From Corallochytrium limacisporum Hawaii (lineage: Eukaryota > Protista > Pluriformea), in the NCBI GenBank assembly GCA_002811645.1, contig PDIP01000072.1, forward strand, positions 22,945 through 86,944: 64,000 bases of DNA. Direction: 5' to 3'. The notes under the pieces were generated by a model, which worked only from the letters and a program-made list of their open reading frames with translations, searched no databases and was not told where the DNA came from. This document shows positions 31,229 through 42,413 of this stretch, piece after piece. The number at the start of each line of letters is the position of its first letter. Positions within the stretch are counted from its first letter, which is position 1. Both the position numbers and the translations under genes were made by a program.

Positions 31229-33274
31229 TTATATACTGTCATTCATGTGTGACTTGGGCATTGTGGCTGCACCACGAGCAGCATCGTCGGTTTCGAGGTC
31301 ATCGCCGGGCTTTACTTCCAGATACCCACAATGCTCACTTTCGCGGTCCGAAATTGGGCGTCCTACTCCCTTGATGGTTGCATGGGGTACGTACTCAAAG
31401 GTGATGAGCACAGGAGTGTCGGGTTCAAGCTCGAAGCGCATGTACTCGTTGAAAATTTCCTCGGGATCATTTGGATTGTTCAAGGTCCAATATCCCGTCA
31501 CCGACATGCAGCTGGAGGTCTCAATGTTCGCACAATCGCGCTCGTATGGGTCATCTTGAGTGCCTTCCGTTGGAGATGCGTCATACCATCTGAGAGTACC
31601 GTCGGGATGGGCCACCTCAAAGTACGGAGCCTCCCCGTCGGGACGACAACGCTTCAAAATGAATACACGCACGCGCATGAGAATCTGTGTAGCGTTGAAT
31701 CGGTATCTGCTTCTATCACAGATGCTTGGATGGCCCGAGGAGAAGATACCAAGGTCGCACCTGTTGTTCCCAGGGTACGTCAGCCGCAGTTCGAGGTCGT
31801 GATCCAGTCCATCGATGAGCATATCTGTCCCGCTCCCGGACCCACTGTCACCTGTGTACCCAAACCAACTAAAGCGCATCGCATGTTCACTCTGAAGATC
31901 GCTTCTTGGACAGATGCATTCCATTCTGCCGTGATCGAACACTGTGTCATTGGAACCGAGTTCTCCAGCTTCAAGAGCCGGCCGAAGGGCAGTAACTGCC
32001 GAAGAGTGACGTCTCGCAAGAGTGCTGATCGCCAGCTTTGCTAACGCATGTAATACCTGCTCAGATTTCATGCACTTCAATCTCGCAAAGTTGAGCGCAT
32101 GGACAGTTTCAGAGTCATCTCTGGACTGACCCGTCCCGTAATTTGATGTGTGAAGATACTCCGAGTGGGCCCCCCGAAGAACCTGTGTCCAGCGGACATG
32201 TTCACATATATAATCTACCCAACTGTCTACTAGCCTGCGATTTGCTTTTTTCAGATCAGAGTTCCAATTCAACCGTCGATGCTCCTGGCACCAGATTCTT
32301 GAGACATGGGCTGGTGATACCTGGTATGTTTCATGGAAATACAAGCGGTTCTTACTGAAACATTCACTGTCACAGGCAGGTACACATTCAGACATCATCA
32401 CCTCACATTCCATCCTGTGAACAAGGTCTACGAGAAAGTCAAGATCAGAGGTCACAGCCATTGCCGGCCGAGGATGACATTCGAATACTCCACTTCCTGG
32501 TCGAATGATGTCAGGCGAGCACCACATGTGACCAGGAGCTCTTGGAACCTCATTCCACACATTGTGCAATGCAAACCAATGGCTACTGACCTTCAGGAAC
32601 CTGTCCCTGAGGGCCCCGTACCTGGGCATGTAGGTTGGCATTTGGTGAACCAAACGGTTGGCGTCTGGAAACAACGCGTGGTCAAGGTTGTCGCACAGGA
32701 ACTCGAGGCATTGCTTCAAGAGCTCTTCATGCCAAAATCCAATGCTCAAGGCAAACAATGAAAGCACATTGTCTTTCGTGATCACGACATCTTTGTAGAG
32801 TGAAATTAAGGCACGCTCACAGACCGCGTCGGTAAACATACCAAACGCACTCAAATATCCTGTGATTCCCATGGTTAACGTATGACCGGACGATTTGTCA
32901 GATAAGAATCCCGCAATGGTCTTTGATTGGCGGATGATATGTCTATGTAAGTGTTTGCGAATCCGGACGACTACCCGGTCCTGGTCAATTTGCGGATTGT
33001 GGTCAACTTTGCAGCCCACAAAATTGTCTTCCGGGCGGTATACAATCATTTCTACCTCAATATCTGCACCTTCACCTTTGACGTACATGGACTCAAAAAG
33101 ATAATTAGACGCAGAGCGGTTCTTCTTCCGTGGCGGGGATCTCCCGTAGTCCTCATCGTCCACAAAGTGGGAACCACTTCCTCTATCCGTCGAGCCTGGC
33201 GAGATTCTCCGACGCTTACGCCCAGAGCCCGAAACGGCCTCGACAACTTTCTCAATAAAGGTGGCAATCGGCAT
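31229..33274 (-). CDS. BTB-domain protein, germ cell-less (GMCL)-like
   Basis: Bipartite basic NLS, SPPRKKNRSASNYLFESMYVKGEGADI, BTB elements LHRHIIRQS and ALISLYKD, C-terminal MRFSWFGY. First ATG at 33274. Confidence 0.72.
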   Translation of the reverse strand: MPIATFIEKVVEAVSGSGRKRRRISPGSTDRGSGSHFVDDEDYGRSPPRKKNRSASNYLFESMYVKGEGADIEVEMIVYRPEDNFVGCKVDHNPQIDQDRVVVRIRKHLHRHIIRQSKTIAGFLSDKSSGHTLTMGITGYLSAFGMFTDAVCERALISLYKDVVITKDNVLSLFALSIGFWHEELLKQCLEFLCDNLDHALFPDANRLVHQMPTYMPRYGALRDRFLKVSSHWFALHNVWNEVPRAPGHMWCSPDIIRPGSGVFECHPRPAMAVTSDLDFLVDLVHRMECEVMMSECVPACDSECFSKNRLYFHETYQVSPAHVSRIWCQEHRRLNWNSDLKKANRRLVDSWVDYICEHVRWTQVLRGAHSEYLHTSNYGTGQSRDDSETVHALNFARLKCMKSEQVLHALAKLAISTLARRHSSAVTALRPALEAGELGSNDTVFDHGRMECICPRSDLQSEHAMRFSWFGYTGDSGSGSGTDMLIDGLDHDLELRLTYPGNNRCDLGIFSSGHPSICDRSRYRFNATQILMRVRVFILKRCRPDGEAPYFEVAHPDGTLRWYDASPTEGTQDDPYERDCANIETSSCMSVTGYWTLNNPNDPEEIFNEYMRFELEPDTPVLITFEYVPHATIKGVGRPISDRESEHCGYLEVKPGDDLETDDAARGAATMPKSHMNDSI

Positions 33275-33725
33275 TTTGTTGGAATCACATGTTTCTGATT
33301 CTTTGTTTTTCCCCGGGGCAGAACCTGTGCGTTTTGAAATGAACACTCTCTACTCACTGCGTCTATCACGGTGGTTGCTTCCCACTGCCAAGACAAGGAG
33401 TCTTTCGTATACCTTGAGATCACTTGGTTCTGTGCAGTCGGCTTGAGGACTGCTCGGGGTCTCAACAAGAGAAGGTGGAGATATCAGCAGGGATCTGACC
33501 CTGTTCCGGAGTCTCAATATCAACGAGTCCTGGCGGGGAAGCGACCCCTCTTTTTGCCCTACGCAACCGGTCCCTGACAGTGGAAAGTACCCTTGAACTG
33601 TACGCTGAGGCCCCGTCACCCCGCTGAGGGCACACTGGGGAGCGCAGACCGAACGCGGTGGTACCACCATTAGGAACCACCAAGTAACACAGCAAAAGGG
33701 CGCGAAAAGGGGACAAAAATATATA

Positions 33726-33738
33726 GGGGCCTAATTTT
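33726..33738 (-). promoter_or_regulatory. AAAATTAGGCCCC motif in the divergent GMCL-like/THOC1 promoter, flanked by E2F-like GCGCGAAA (33700-33707) and CHR-like TTTGAA (33742-33747)
   Basis: Recurrent motif, read directly. Confidence 0.5.
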
Positions 33739-34314
33739 GTATTTGAAACAGTCGCGTCTTAGAACCCGCCCGCGGAGAAGGGGGAGGTGTGCGGGGAGGA
33801 TGCAAGGCAATGGGGGGCAGAAATACTTGCTTCGCTTGCTGCAAATCGGTTCGAAACGCGGTCTTGCTACCCGTGCCTTGCCGTGCAACGAATACACCAT
33901 CGCACAGGGGTTCCAAGTAGAAACCCATCAATCCGATATGTCACCCCATGAGCCAGCCCGTCAAACCCTTGTTGCAAAACCTCGAACGGTTTTTTCTTCC
34001 AAACTGGTGTGCCCTCATGTACGGAGTGCGTACAATTTTGTATACCGACTATCCTGAACTCTGCCACCCCGCTTCTCTCCTGCCTCCTCGGTCTCGTTAG
34101 CCTAAGCCACATTGGCACAAGCGGGCAGGCATCGGTGGAACAAAACCCGAGGTATATGAGTGCTGATGAGCTCCTTAAAGAAATTGTGCGGTGAATTGCA
34201 CATTTTAATTTTTGTACATTGAATAATATCTGGTTAAAATTTGTCCTTTGATCAAACTCCACAAAGGAGAATGTAAGTGTATACTACGAAGCAGCACACA
34301 ACCACAACACAAGG

Positions 34315-36261
34315 ATGACCACTCCGCGCGGAGACGGAACTGCGGAGGCCCTGGTCAAGGCTATCGCTGACCGTGGTTCGTTGGGTACAGCAAAGCAGCT
34401 GGGAGAGCTGACAAAGGGTCTTAAGGCCCAAGGTCTGACGGAGAGTGCCATCTGCACCGCTGTGGTACGGTCCGTGCTCCAGTCCGGGGCGCTCATACCA
34501 GCAAAGGGAGGATCCATGGATGTGGCCACAGAACGGTTAAAAGATCTCATGCATACGTTAGATGGAGCCATTCAGGACGACATTATTGGACCACGGGACA
34601 TGTTTGATATGTTTGAGGATGCCTTTGAGACTTCGACTCTAGAGTTCAACAAACGGATATTCACGGTACTGGCTGAGAATACAAATCTGTGGGCATCGCA
34701 GACGTACTATGCCAGAGGCAAGTTACCACTACTGCGTATGTGCAATCAACTGCTCAAGCGATTGAGTCGGAGCCTGGACAATGTTTACAGTGGTCGAATT
34801 CTCACCTTCCTGGCACATCTGTACCCCCTGAGCGAGAAATCGGGGCTGAACTTGACCGGCGCGTTCTCTGAGGACGCCCAACTGGTTACGTTAGATGGCG
34901 ATGTAGATGACGGTGACGAAGATATGGACGCGGGAAATGGACATGCAGGGCCGTCAGCAGACCAGAATGGGACGGGTGCTGAAACTGGCGAAGTTGCAGC
35001 GGTGGACAGCACAGGAGATGCTGTCGGCGACTTTCATCGCAGCTTTTGGGACCTTCAGACCTACCTGCTGGACCCCCGGAAAGTGTACGAGAGCGAGAAA
35101 GACTGGGAACGTTTCAAGGCACGCATTGAGATCGTCTTGGAGGCTTTCTCTACCGGAGCAGCTGTGGTGGCCAGTGGTGCGGAAGTGAAGGGTGAAGATG
35201 ACGAGCAGATGGACACCGATGCTGTGGTTTCCGGCCGGGATGAAGACGGTGGCGATTTGTACTTCCCCAAACACTTAACTTCAGGATCATTGATGACGAT
35301 GCAGCTGAAGGATACCCATTTTCGTCGTCAAATTTGCGTGCAGTTACTTATCGCCTTCCAATATTTGAAAGCGAATGTCAAGTTCAAGACTCCTGAGCAG
35401 CACTTGAAGCCACAGCAGGAGAACTTTATTGATGCCTGCATACCCAAGGTCCATGACGTTATTGCGAAGACCCCTCCTGATGGCAAGCGTTTCCTGCGCT
35501 CCATTAAGTATCTTTTGGCTAACGAAGAGTTCTGGAGCAGCTGGAAGAACAATGGCTGTCCGTCATTTGAAAGGGAGCCCGTGACAGTGGACGCAAGTGT
35601 GTACTTCAAGGGTCAGGAGCCCATCTGGGAGTCGCTGGCACGCACCATGGGTGTGGAGGATCCGGACAAGTCCATCGACATGGGAGATCCCGAGCTTACA
35701 CGTCTGTGGAACCTGCAGGTTGACCTCAAAGACCCCACACGGGGCCATGTACCAAACAGCTCTGAGATCTTCGAAGAGCTCGTAGAGCAGGAGGATCCCG
35801 ATGCCGGCATCGAGGAGACGTACTTGGTTATCAAGAATCCAATGGTCCGCTTCCGAGCCCTTCGCTTGCTGTTACGAAACCGTTTGGACCTATTCTGCCG
35901 CAAAGAATTGTTCGATAATGGCTACAGGGACGCTCCGAAAGAGGCCTCCGAGACCCGGGCTAAGGTGCGTAGGACCACTCTGAAGGATGCTCGAGCCATG
36001 TTCCATGCCATGTGGGAGGAAGAGAATCCAGAGGAGGCAGCAGCTGCTACAGCTGCTACTGGTGCATCGGGTGAAAGTGAAATGAAACAGAGCGAAGAGT
36101 CTGAGCCGCCGTCCCAAGGTGTCAAGAGGCCTCGAGACGAAGCGGAAGCAGACTTTGAAAGTGCAGCAGATGAAGCTGAACCGGCCGCCGCTGCTGCCGC
36201 TGCTGTCGCTGCAGTAGTGGAAAGTGAGGAACCGAGTGCGAAGCGGGTCAGGACTGAATAA
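34315..36261 (+). CDS. THOC1: THO complex subunit 1 (THOC1/Hpr1)
   Basis: LLRMCNQLLKRLSRS...GRILTFLAHLYPLSEKSGLN, YFPKHLTS, EEFWSSWKNNGCPSF, MGDPELTRLWN. Confidence 0.93.
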   Translation: MTTPRGDGTAEALVKAIADRGSLGTAKQLGELTKGLKAQGLTESAICTAVVRSVLQSGALIPAKGGSMDVATERLKDLMHTLDGAIQDDIIGPRDMFDMFEDAFETSTLEFNKRIFTVLAENTNLWASQTYYARGKLPLLRMCNQLLKRLSRSLDNVYSGRILTFLAHLYPLSEKSGLNLTGAFSEDAQLVTLDGDVDDGDEDMDAGNGHAGPSADQNGTGAETGEVAAVDSTGDAVGDFHRSFWDLQTYLLDPRKVYESEKDWERFKARIEIVLEAFSTGAAVVASGAEVKGEDDEQMDTDAVVSGRDEDGGDLYFPKHLTSGSLMTMQLKDTHFRRQICVQLLIAFQYLKANVKFKTPEQHLKPQQENFIDACIPKVHDVIAKTPPDGKRFLRSIKYLLANEEFWSSWKNNGCPSFEREPVTVDASVYFKGQEPIWESLARTMGVEDPDKSIDMGDPELTRLWNLQVDLKDPTRGHVPNSSEIFEELVEQEDPDAGIEETYLVIKNPMVRFRALRLLLRNRLDLFCRKELFDNGYRDAPKEASETRAKVRRTTLKDARAMFHAMWEEENPEEAAAATAATGASGESEMKQSEESEPPSQGVKRPRDEAEADFESAADEAEPAAAAAAAVAAVVESEEPSAKRVRTE

Positions 36262-37335
36262 GGGCCCAGCTGCCGAAGTGTTGCCATGCAATTTGCTAGA
36301 CCCTTGCACCAAATCGTGGCATCAGAAGTGGCTGAAAATCCGGATGCCCCGGCCCCTGTCCATTAGCCGGCCTCTTCCTCGGTGAACCACCGTAATCATC
36401 CCGAGGACAAAGGACCGCCTGAAAAAAAAGAGCAAGGATGTGCCAATTGACCTGCAGAATCCTTGGCGTTGCGATGGAGGGTTTCTGCCGCCCATTATCC
36501 TGCCCCATTTAGGCATGCTGAGCGCCTTTGCTGTTCATCGTATTGGCAAAAAAGATGGTGGGGTACAGAAAGCGTTTGTGAACTTTTGAGGGCGAAACAG
36601 ACCTGTGTGTCGCTGTACAACTATGCACAAGTTACGAGCGCTTGGGCCATGGCTTAAACCATCTCTCAGCCATGGTTAACCAGGGCATCAAAACTCCCTC
36701 AGTGCAGATCTTCTGCTGACGGGTGATGTTTAAAGCCTCCTGCATCTCCATCATGGAAACATTGTCCGTGCCGCACCGTAGCCGGCAGGCAAGCTCGGGA
36801 TATCATCAGCTGAATACATAGATTACCAACCGCCTAGTGAATAAGTACACCTATCTGAGGCAATGAAACGAATCGGCTCTCAAGATCGAGCAGGGAGCAC
36901 CGCCACAAGGCGCCGAAGCCCCTCCCGTAACCAACACCCACGGGGCACCCGCCGGCTGGCCCGCTGGAGGGAGGGGGAGGGAGGCGATTTGCATTGTGCG
37001 CCGAAGGCTTTTACATTTTTGCAGGTACGCACACTGCGGGTTCCCAGCTGCCTCCCACTTACTTGACCACCAATCTCACTGTGCTCGGCGGACTGGTGCC
37101 CCACTGACCACTTGCACCTGGTGTGCACACATCCACCGGTCGGCCAAGCGATGCTGGTATAGATTCACTTCACCATGGCATACTGGTGGATCATGGGGGT
37201 TTGTAGCACCGCCCACGGCACGAGAACTGGGCCCCATCTGAAGAAAAACATCAATCTCCCGGTTCTGATACGGAGTTGTCCTGATCAGTGTGCTGCCCCA
37301 AAACCCATCCATCAAAACACCGCCCCACCCTCCCA

Positions 37336-37688
37336 CTTCCCTCTCACGGACAAACAACACACACGCATCCCTTGCCTTTGTCCGCTTGGCTTTATATATC
37401 CCCCCCCCCCGGTGGCCGGGAGCCTTCCTTTCCCGCTCCGGGGGAAGGGTGTTCCTCTCGGTTTTGGTGACCCCTCTCTCCCGGGAGATGGAGGCGCAAA
37501 GGAAGGGTACCCAACGGGCACACGACCCCTCTCCCTTATTTTTTTTTCTTTGTTTTTGGCTCGCCTCCTCCTGCCCTTTAGGCGCCCCCCCCCCCCCTTC
37601 CCTCTCACGGACAAACAACACACACGCATCCCTTGCCTTTGTCCGCTTGGCTTTATATATCCCCCCCCCCCCGGTGGCCGGGAGCCTT
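37336..37688. repeat. ~91-bp direct repeat (37336-37426 and 37597-37688)
   Basis: CTTCCCTCTCACGGACAAACAACACACACGCATCC...TTTATATAT(C)nGGTGGCCGGGAGCCTT occurs twice, differing only in poly-C length. Confidence 0.9.
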
Positions 37689-39461
37689 TTTTTTTTTTTT
37701 TTTTTTGGGGCCCCCCCCCCCCCCCCTTGGGGGCCCCCCCCCCCCGGGTCCCTTCTTTCTGCCAAACACACACACACACACACCGACCGTCCGTACGCGG
37801 TTTGTTTACCACCCTTTTTTCCAAGGGGCCGTCTTTTCCTTTTCTTTTGATTTTTTTTTCTGGGGTCCTGGGCGTATTTTCTTTTTTTATTTGGGCGGCC
37901 CTTTATTGTTTTTACGGATATTTTTTTTTTCTTTTTGCCTATGCCTCCCATCGCCTCTCTCCCAACTTTGCCCGCCGGTACTCCGCCCGCCCCGCCGCCC
38001 AGCTTTTTTTCATTGTTCCCGGGAAAGAAGGGGGGATCTCCCTCTCTCTCCCTCTCTCTCTCTCGCTGTCGCGGAAATTAGACTCCCAAATCTCCGGTAC
38101 AGGCTCCGTACCTAATTGCCCTCCGCCCCACCCGCAGCAGCCACCGCCCTGTTTGTTGCGCACTCCTACTCTAAAAATAAAAAAATAGATCCCCCTTCCC
38201 CGACCTCAGGTTTTTCTCACACCAGAACACCGAACCGTTGGGTGAGACGGAACCCCACCACCACCAAACCTCCCCTCCCCCCCCCTCACTCCGCTCCCTT
38301 TACCTTCTCTCCCGTCCCTCTCTCTCTGGCCTGACACGCATACATTAGCTACCGAGCGATGAACGTCGGGGGAGTGGAGGTTGCCTGAACCCCTCCTCCT
38401 TCCCTGCCTCCCTCTTTCTGATACGCGCGGGGATATTCTCGGTTGAGCTCTTGGTTTCGGCCGTTCAGTCTTTTTAGCCCGTCTTGGGCGCATGTGTGTG
38501 TGTGTTTTGTGTGTTTTCTTCTTTCCTTTTCTTTCTTTTGGTGCTATTTTATCTTGCTCTCTCTCTCTCTCTCTCTCTCTCTTCCCGTTCTTTTTTTAGT
38601 TTTGTTGTTGTTGTTGATGATAAGAACCGGACGGTGGTAAAGGGGAGAAGGAAGGGAGGGGGGGGCGGGGGTTTAGAAAAAAGGGGGTTTGCTGAACCAT
38701 ATCGTTTTCGCCCTGTTGTGTAGTTTACCTGAAACATAACCCTCCCTCTCGCTCTTCTCTCTCTCTCTCTCTTTTGACATTTCCCGCTACCCAGAAGGGG
38801 GAGAGGCGGGGGATATTTTTGGCACTTGCCACTGTTGCTCCTACCCGAACGTCACAAGCAACGTTGTCTTAGTATAAATCCTTCGGTATCAAAACACATC
38901 ACTCCAGCAGCACACACGGAACCGTTCTTTGCGAACCCCCCCCGGGGGGGGGGTACGGAGAGTTTTTGTCTTCGAAAGGCGACGCGGAGCCCAGGCTCCC
39001 CTTTTGCCTTGCTTCCCTTTTTCATTTGTTTGTTGTCTCAAACGTTCCATACTCAATGTACTGTACCCGGGGACAGGTCCCCCCCCCCCAACCAGCACTC
39101 TCCGTTCTGTGCCTCTCTCTCTCTCTCCCGGTGGCGGCCGAGCTTCCGTCATCGCTGGCTGGAGCTTTGGCTTTTGGGGACCCGGCCAAAACAAAAAAGA
39201 AATTGGGCGGATTACCTCACAGCCACTCTCTTCCCCCCTTTTCCTTGGCCCGGTTGGCACGGAACCCGCCAATTAAAGAAAAGGGGAGAAAACAAAAACC
39301 GGGACAAAAAATAACCTGCAACAATCCTTCACGAACAAAAGTAGACCGACCACCAAGCTGGGCACTACACACTGAGACAACCCCCCCAAAAATTCCCAGC
39401 CCGACACAGCGGGGGGGGGCCAGGGGGGTGTCCCTGGGCGAGAAGGCTTAACCACCCACCC

Positions 39462-39640
39462 NNNNNNNNNNNNNNNNNNNNNNNNNNNNNNNNNNNNNNN
39501 NNNNNNNNNNNNNNNNNNNNNNNNNNNNNNNNNNNNNNNNNNNNNNNNNNNNNNNNNNNNNNNNNNNNNNNNNNNNNNNNNNNNNNNNNNNNNNNNNNNN
39601 NNNNNNNNNNNNNNNNNNNNNNNNNNNNNNNNNNNNNNNN
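39462..39640. other. Assembly gap (179 N)
   Basis: Run of N. Confidence 1.
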
Positions 39641-40921
39641 CCTCCCGCCTCCTCCTCCCTTCCCTCTCTCCCTTTCCCGGCCGCCCCGCTGGGAAGGGGG
39701 GGTTTCCTTTGCGGGCGTTGGAGACGGAGCGCCACCTCGGAATGGAACTGCGGCACGCTGCCACAGTCACCGAAAGCAAGCGGCAATGAATGAATTTTAC
39801 AATTATCATAGAAATTTATGATATACAATCTCAATAGTAAGATAAGAATAAGCCGCTTTGGGGAGGAGTCGTGGGACTTCGTGCCCACTGCCAGCCGCCA
39901 GGCGGGCCTAAAAAAATTGAACCCCCAACCCAACCCAACCCTGCCCCGGGAACGGAGGAGGCTGACTTCCAGCCAAAGCGAAGCGGGGCACCGCAAAACG
40001 GTAAAAAAAAAAAAACAAAAAGAAAAAAAAAAGGAAAAAAAAGTCTTGGGGCGGTCGGTCGGTGGTTGGGTTGGTTGGGAAGTGGTTTGGTGGGTTTTAC
40101 GGGGTAAGGTAGGTTTTGGGTGTTCGCGGGTGCTGGCTGGCTGGCACGGCTGTGTGTGTGTGTGCGTGCGGTTGGGTCCCCCCCCCCGTTCTCTCTCCCT
40201 TGGCTGGTCACCAAAGCGGGTTGGAGCCCTATCCCAAACTTCCGCTTTCTTTGGCCTTTAGCCCCCTTTTATTTGCCCTGCCCCCTCTACCTCTCCCTAT
40301 TCTTTTTTGGGTGTGTGTATAATTCCTTTCATTTTTATTTTTGTTGTTGTGTTGCGGGTTGTTGGGTGGTGGTGCATTGTTGGATCATGTGGATCAGTGC
40401 GTACCTTTGTCCGCTACCTTCGAAGCTGGGGCCCCCATTTTTTTTTGTTGGTCCCAGTTTTTGCAGCGGTGGTTGATCCGATGCGATCCGTTTTGGTTCG
40501 ATAGGTTAACTGCCCAGACTTTACGTCTCAAGTGTTTACACTCCACTCCGGTTGGCCAGTAGCAAAAGCACCGGGTAGGTGCGCTCTGACACCGTCAACA
40601 GTCGACGGCGACGACACACTTGTCTTGTGCTTGGTCCTCAGCATAACATTCGATGCAATGTCTCCAGATCTTTGCTGCTTCTCACAACGTGTCTTTGGCA
40701 CCGTAGGTTATCTTCGGATCCCTTCCGTCGGAATCAAGTACGTACGGACCCCAGTTGGGTACTTGACGCAGACCGGCAAGATACCCTACGGCCTGTCCCC
40801 GGCCACCTCTATGTGACCATAAAACAAAAAGGACTTTAGAGCTCCCTTTTGTTTTTTTGTTTTAACATTTCTCGATCTTAGCACCTTAGTGTATCACTTC
40901 ATTTCCTTTGCAACAGCAACC

Positions 40922-41752
40922 ATGGCTCCCCCTAAGTACGGCGATCTCGGCAAGGCTGCCAAGGATCTGTTTGGCAAGCAGTACAACCCCGGTGAGGCCA
41001 AGCTTGAGCTGAACACCCAGACCAGCCAGGGTGTCGGCATCAAGTCCAACGGTTCCCATGATGGAAAGGCCATCAACGGTAACGTGGAGGCTGCCTACGC
41101 CCTGCAGGGGGCCAAGGTGACCACCAAGTTCAACACCGCCCAGATCCTGACCACCGAGGTCAAGTTCCCCAGCGTTGGTGCTAAGGGCCTCGACCTCACC
41201 CTGGAGGGTGTGTACGGCGTGGCTGACGGCAAGACCGCCGCCAAGGCCTCCGTCGAATATGTCAAGGATAACCTGCACACCACTACGGACGTGAACCTGC
41301 TGGCTGGCCCCACTGTGGCTGCCACCGCCGTCATGAGCTTCGACCGCGTCCTTGTCGGTTACGAGACCGGCTACGACGTCCAGCGCGGTGTCATCCAGAA
41401 GAACAACCTGGCCTTGTCCTTCCTTGGCCCCGACTACATTGCCACTGCCAAGCTCGACAACCTGGCCACCGTGAACGCCTCTCTGTACAACCGCGTCAAG
41501 CCCGACATTGAGACCGGTGTGCAGGTCACCTACGCCCAGGGCAAGCCTCTCGGCTTTGCTGTCGGTGCCATCCAGCGCATGGGTGCCGGTGCTTTCGCCA
41601 AGGCCAAGGTCGACAACAACGGTCAGTTCGGACTCAGCTACACTCAGAACGTGCGCAAGGATACCAAGGTCACCCTGAGCGCTCTGATTGATGGCATGAA
41701 CCTGAGCTCCAACCAGCACAAGGTCGGTCTGCACGTCATCATGGAGCCCTGA
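40922..41752 (+). CDS. VDAC: Mitochondrial porin (VDAC)
   Basis: MAPPKYGDLGKAAKDLF, KAKVDNNGQFGLSYTQ, LSALIDG...HKVGL; strong C-ending codon bias. Confidence 0.95.
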   Translation: MAPPKYGDLGKAAKDLFGKQYNPGEAKLELNTQTSQGVGIKSNGSHDGKAINGNVEAAYALQGAKVTTKFNTAQILTTEVKFPSVGAKGLDLTLEGVYGVADGKTAAKASVEYVKDNLHTTTDVNLLAGPTVAATAVMSFDRVLVGYETGYDVQRGVIQKNNLALSFLGPDYIATAKLDNLATVNASLYNRVKPDIETGVQVTYAQGKPLGFAVGAIQRMGAGAFAKAKVDNNGQFGLSYTQNVRKDTKVTLSALIDGMNLSSNQHKVGLHVIMEP

Positions 41753-42413
41753 AATGACCACGGCTCTTGACGGGTTGAAGACCCCGTTTCTGTCTAAGCT
41801 CTGATGGGTACCAGTGTCTCTTTGTCTGTCCGGGGCAGTTCTCCAACCAATGGGATGCGTTTACTTGTGGGTTTTCTATCTCTTCTCTTTTCACACCAAT
41901 TATACAAAGGGACGGGTATGGAGATGAAGATTTGCAAACGAACCGCATCCTACAGAAGTTTACTGCCATGGTTCTTCACCCATTCCGGGACAAGTTTCGA
42001 CATCGCTGGGATCACAGCTGCAGCAGCATGGGGTTATACTGTGCACGATCTACGAGATGAACCAGTCTTCACATAAAACCAACCTCTATACTCTAAGATA
42101 CCTACATAATTATATATATCGCTCCCTTTTACATTCCAAGAAGACCCCCCCCCGGGGTCCCGGGGGGAACCTGAGTCAGGAGCTGAACATACGGCGGACC
42201 CCCAGGGACAATGAATCACGGGCACTCTTGATGGGACACCCATTTCTCCGCAGGGATCGGAGTCCAACAGTTCAACGACACAATTCTTCCACGGTAATTT
42301 GATTAAGGAAAAATTGTCCTCAGCAAGACAAATTTCCTGGCATGTATTTAAAGACTTTGAATCCTTGTTCGCATCTGTTGTAAGGTTCATGATCGTGATC
42401 ACTTGCGTTTCGT

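Larger units (their letters stand above)
37300..40450. repeat. Low-complexity region with poly-C/G/T/A runs and (CT)n/(CA)n
   Basis: Read directly; contains an N gap. Confidence 0.75.

Noticed and set aside
37076-37312. Short minus-strand ORF ending in TGA, considered as antizyme ORF1 with a +1 frameshift
   Set aside because: No antizyme-like ORF2 downstream and no UCC-UGA-type shift site.
37076-40476. Many overlapping Pro/Gly/Lys/Phe-rich ORFs
   Set aside because: Homopolymer-driven and present in all frames; some cross the N gap.
40886-41761. 291-aa antisense ORF covering all of VDAC
   Set aside because: Expected from strong codon bias, which avoids TTA/CTA/TCA; no recognisable protein features.
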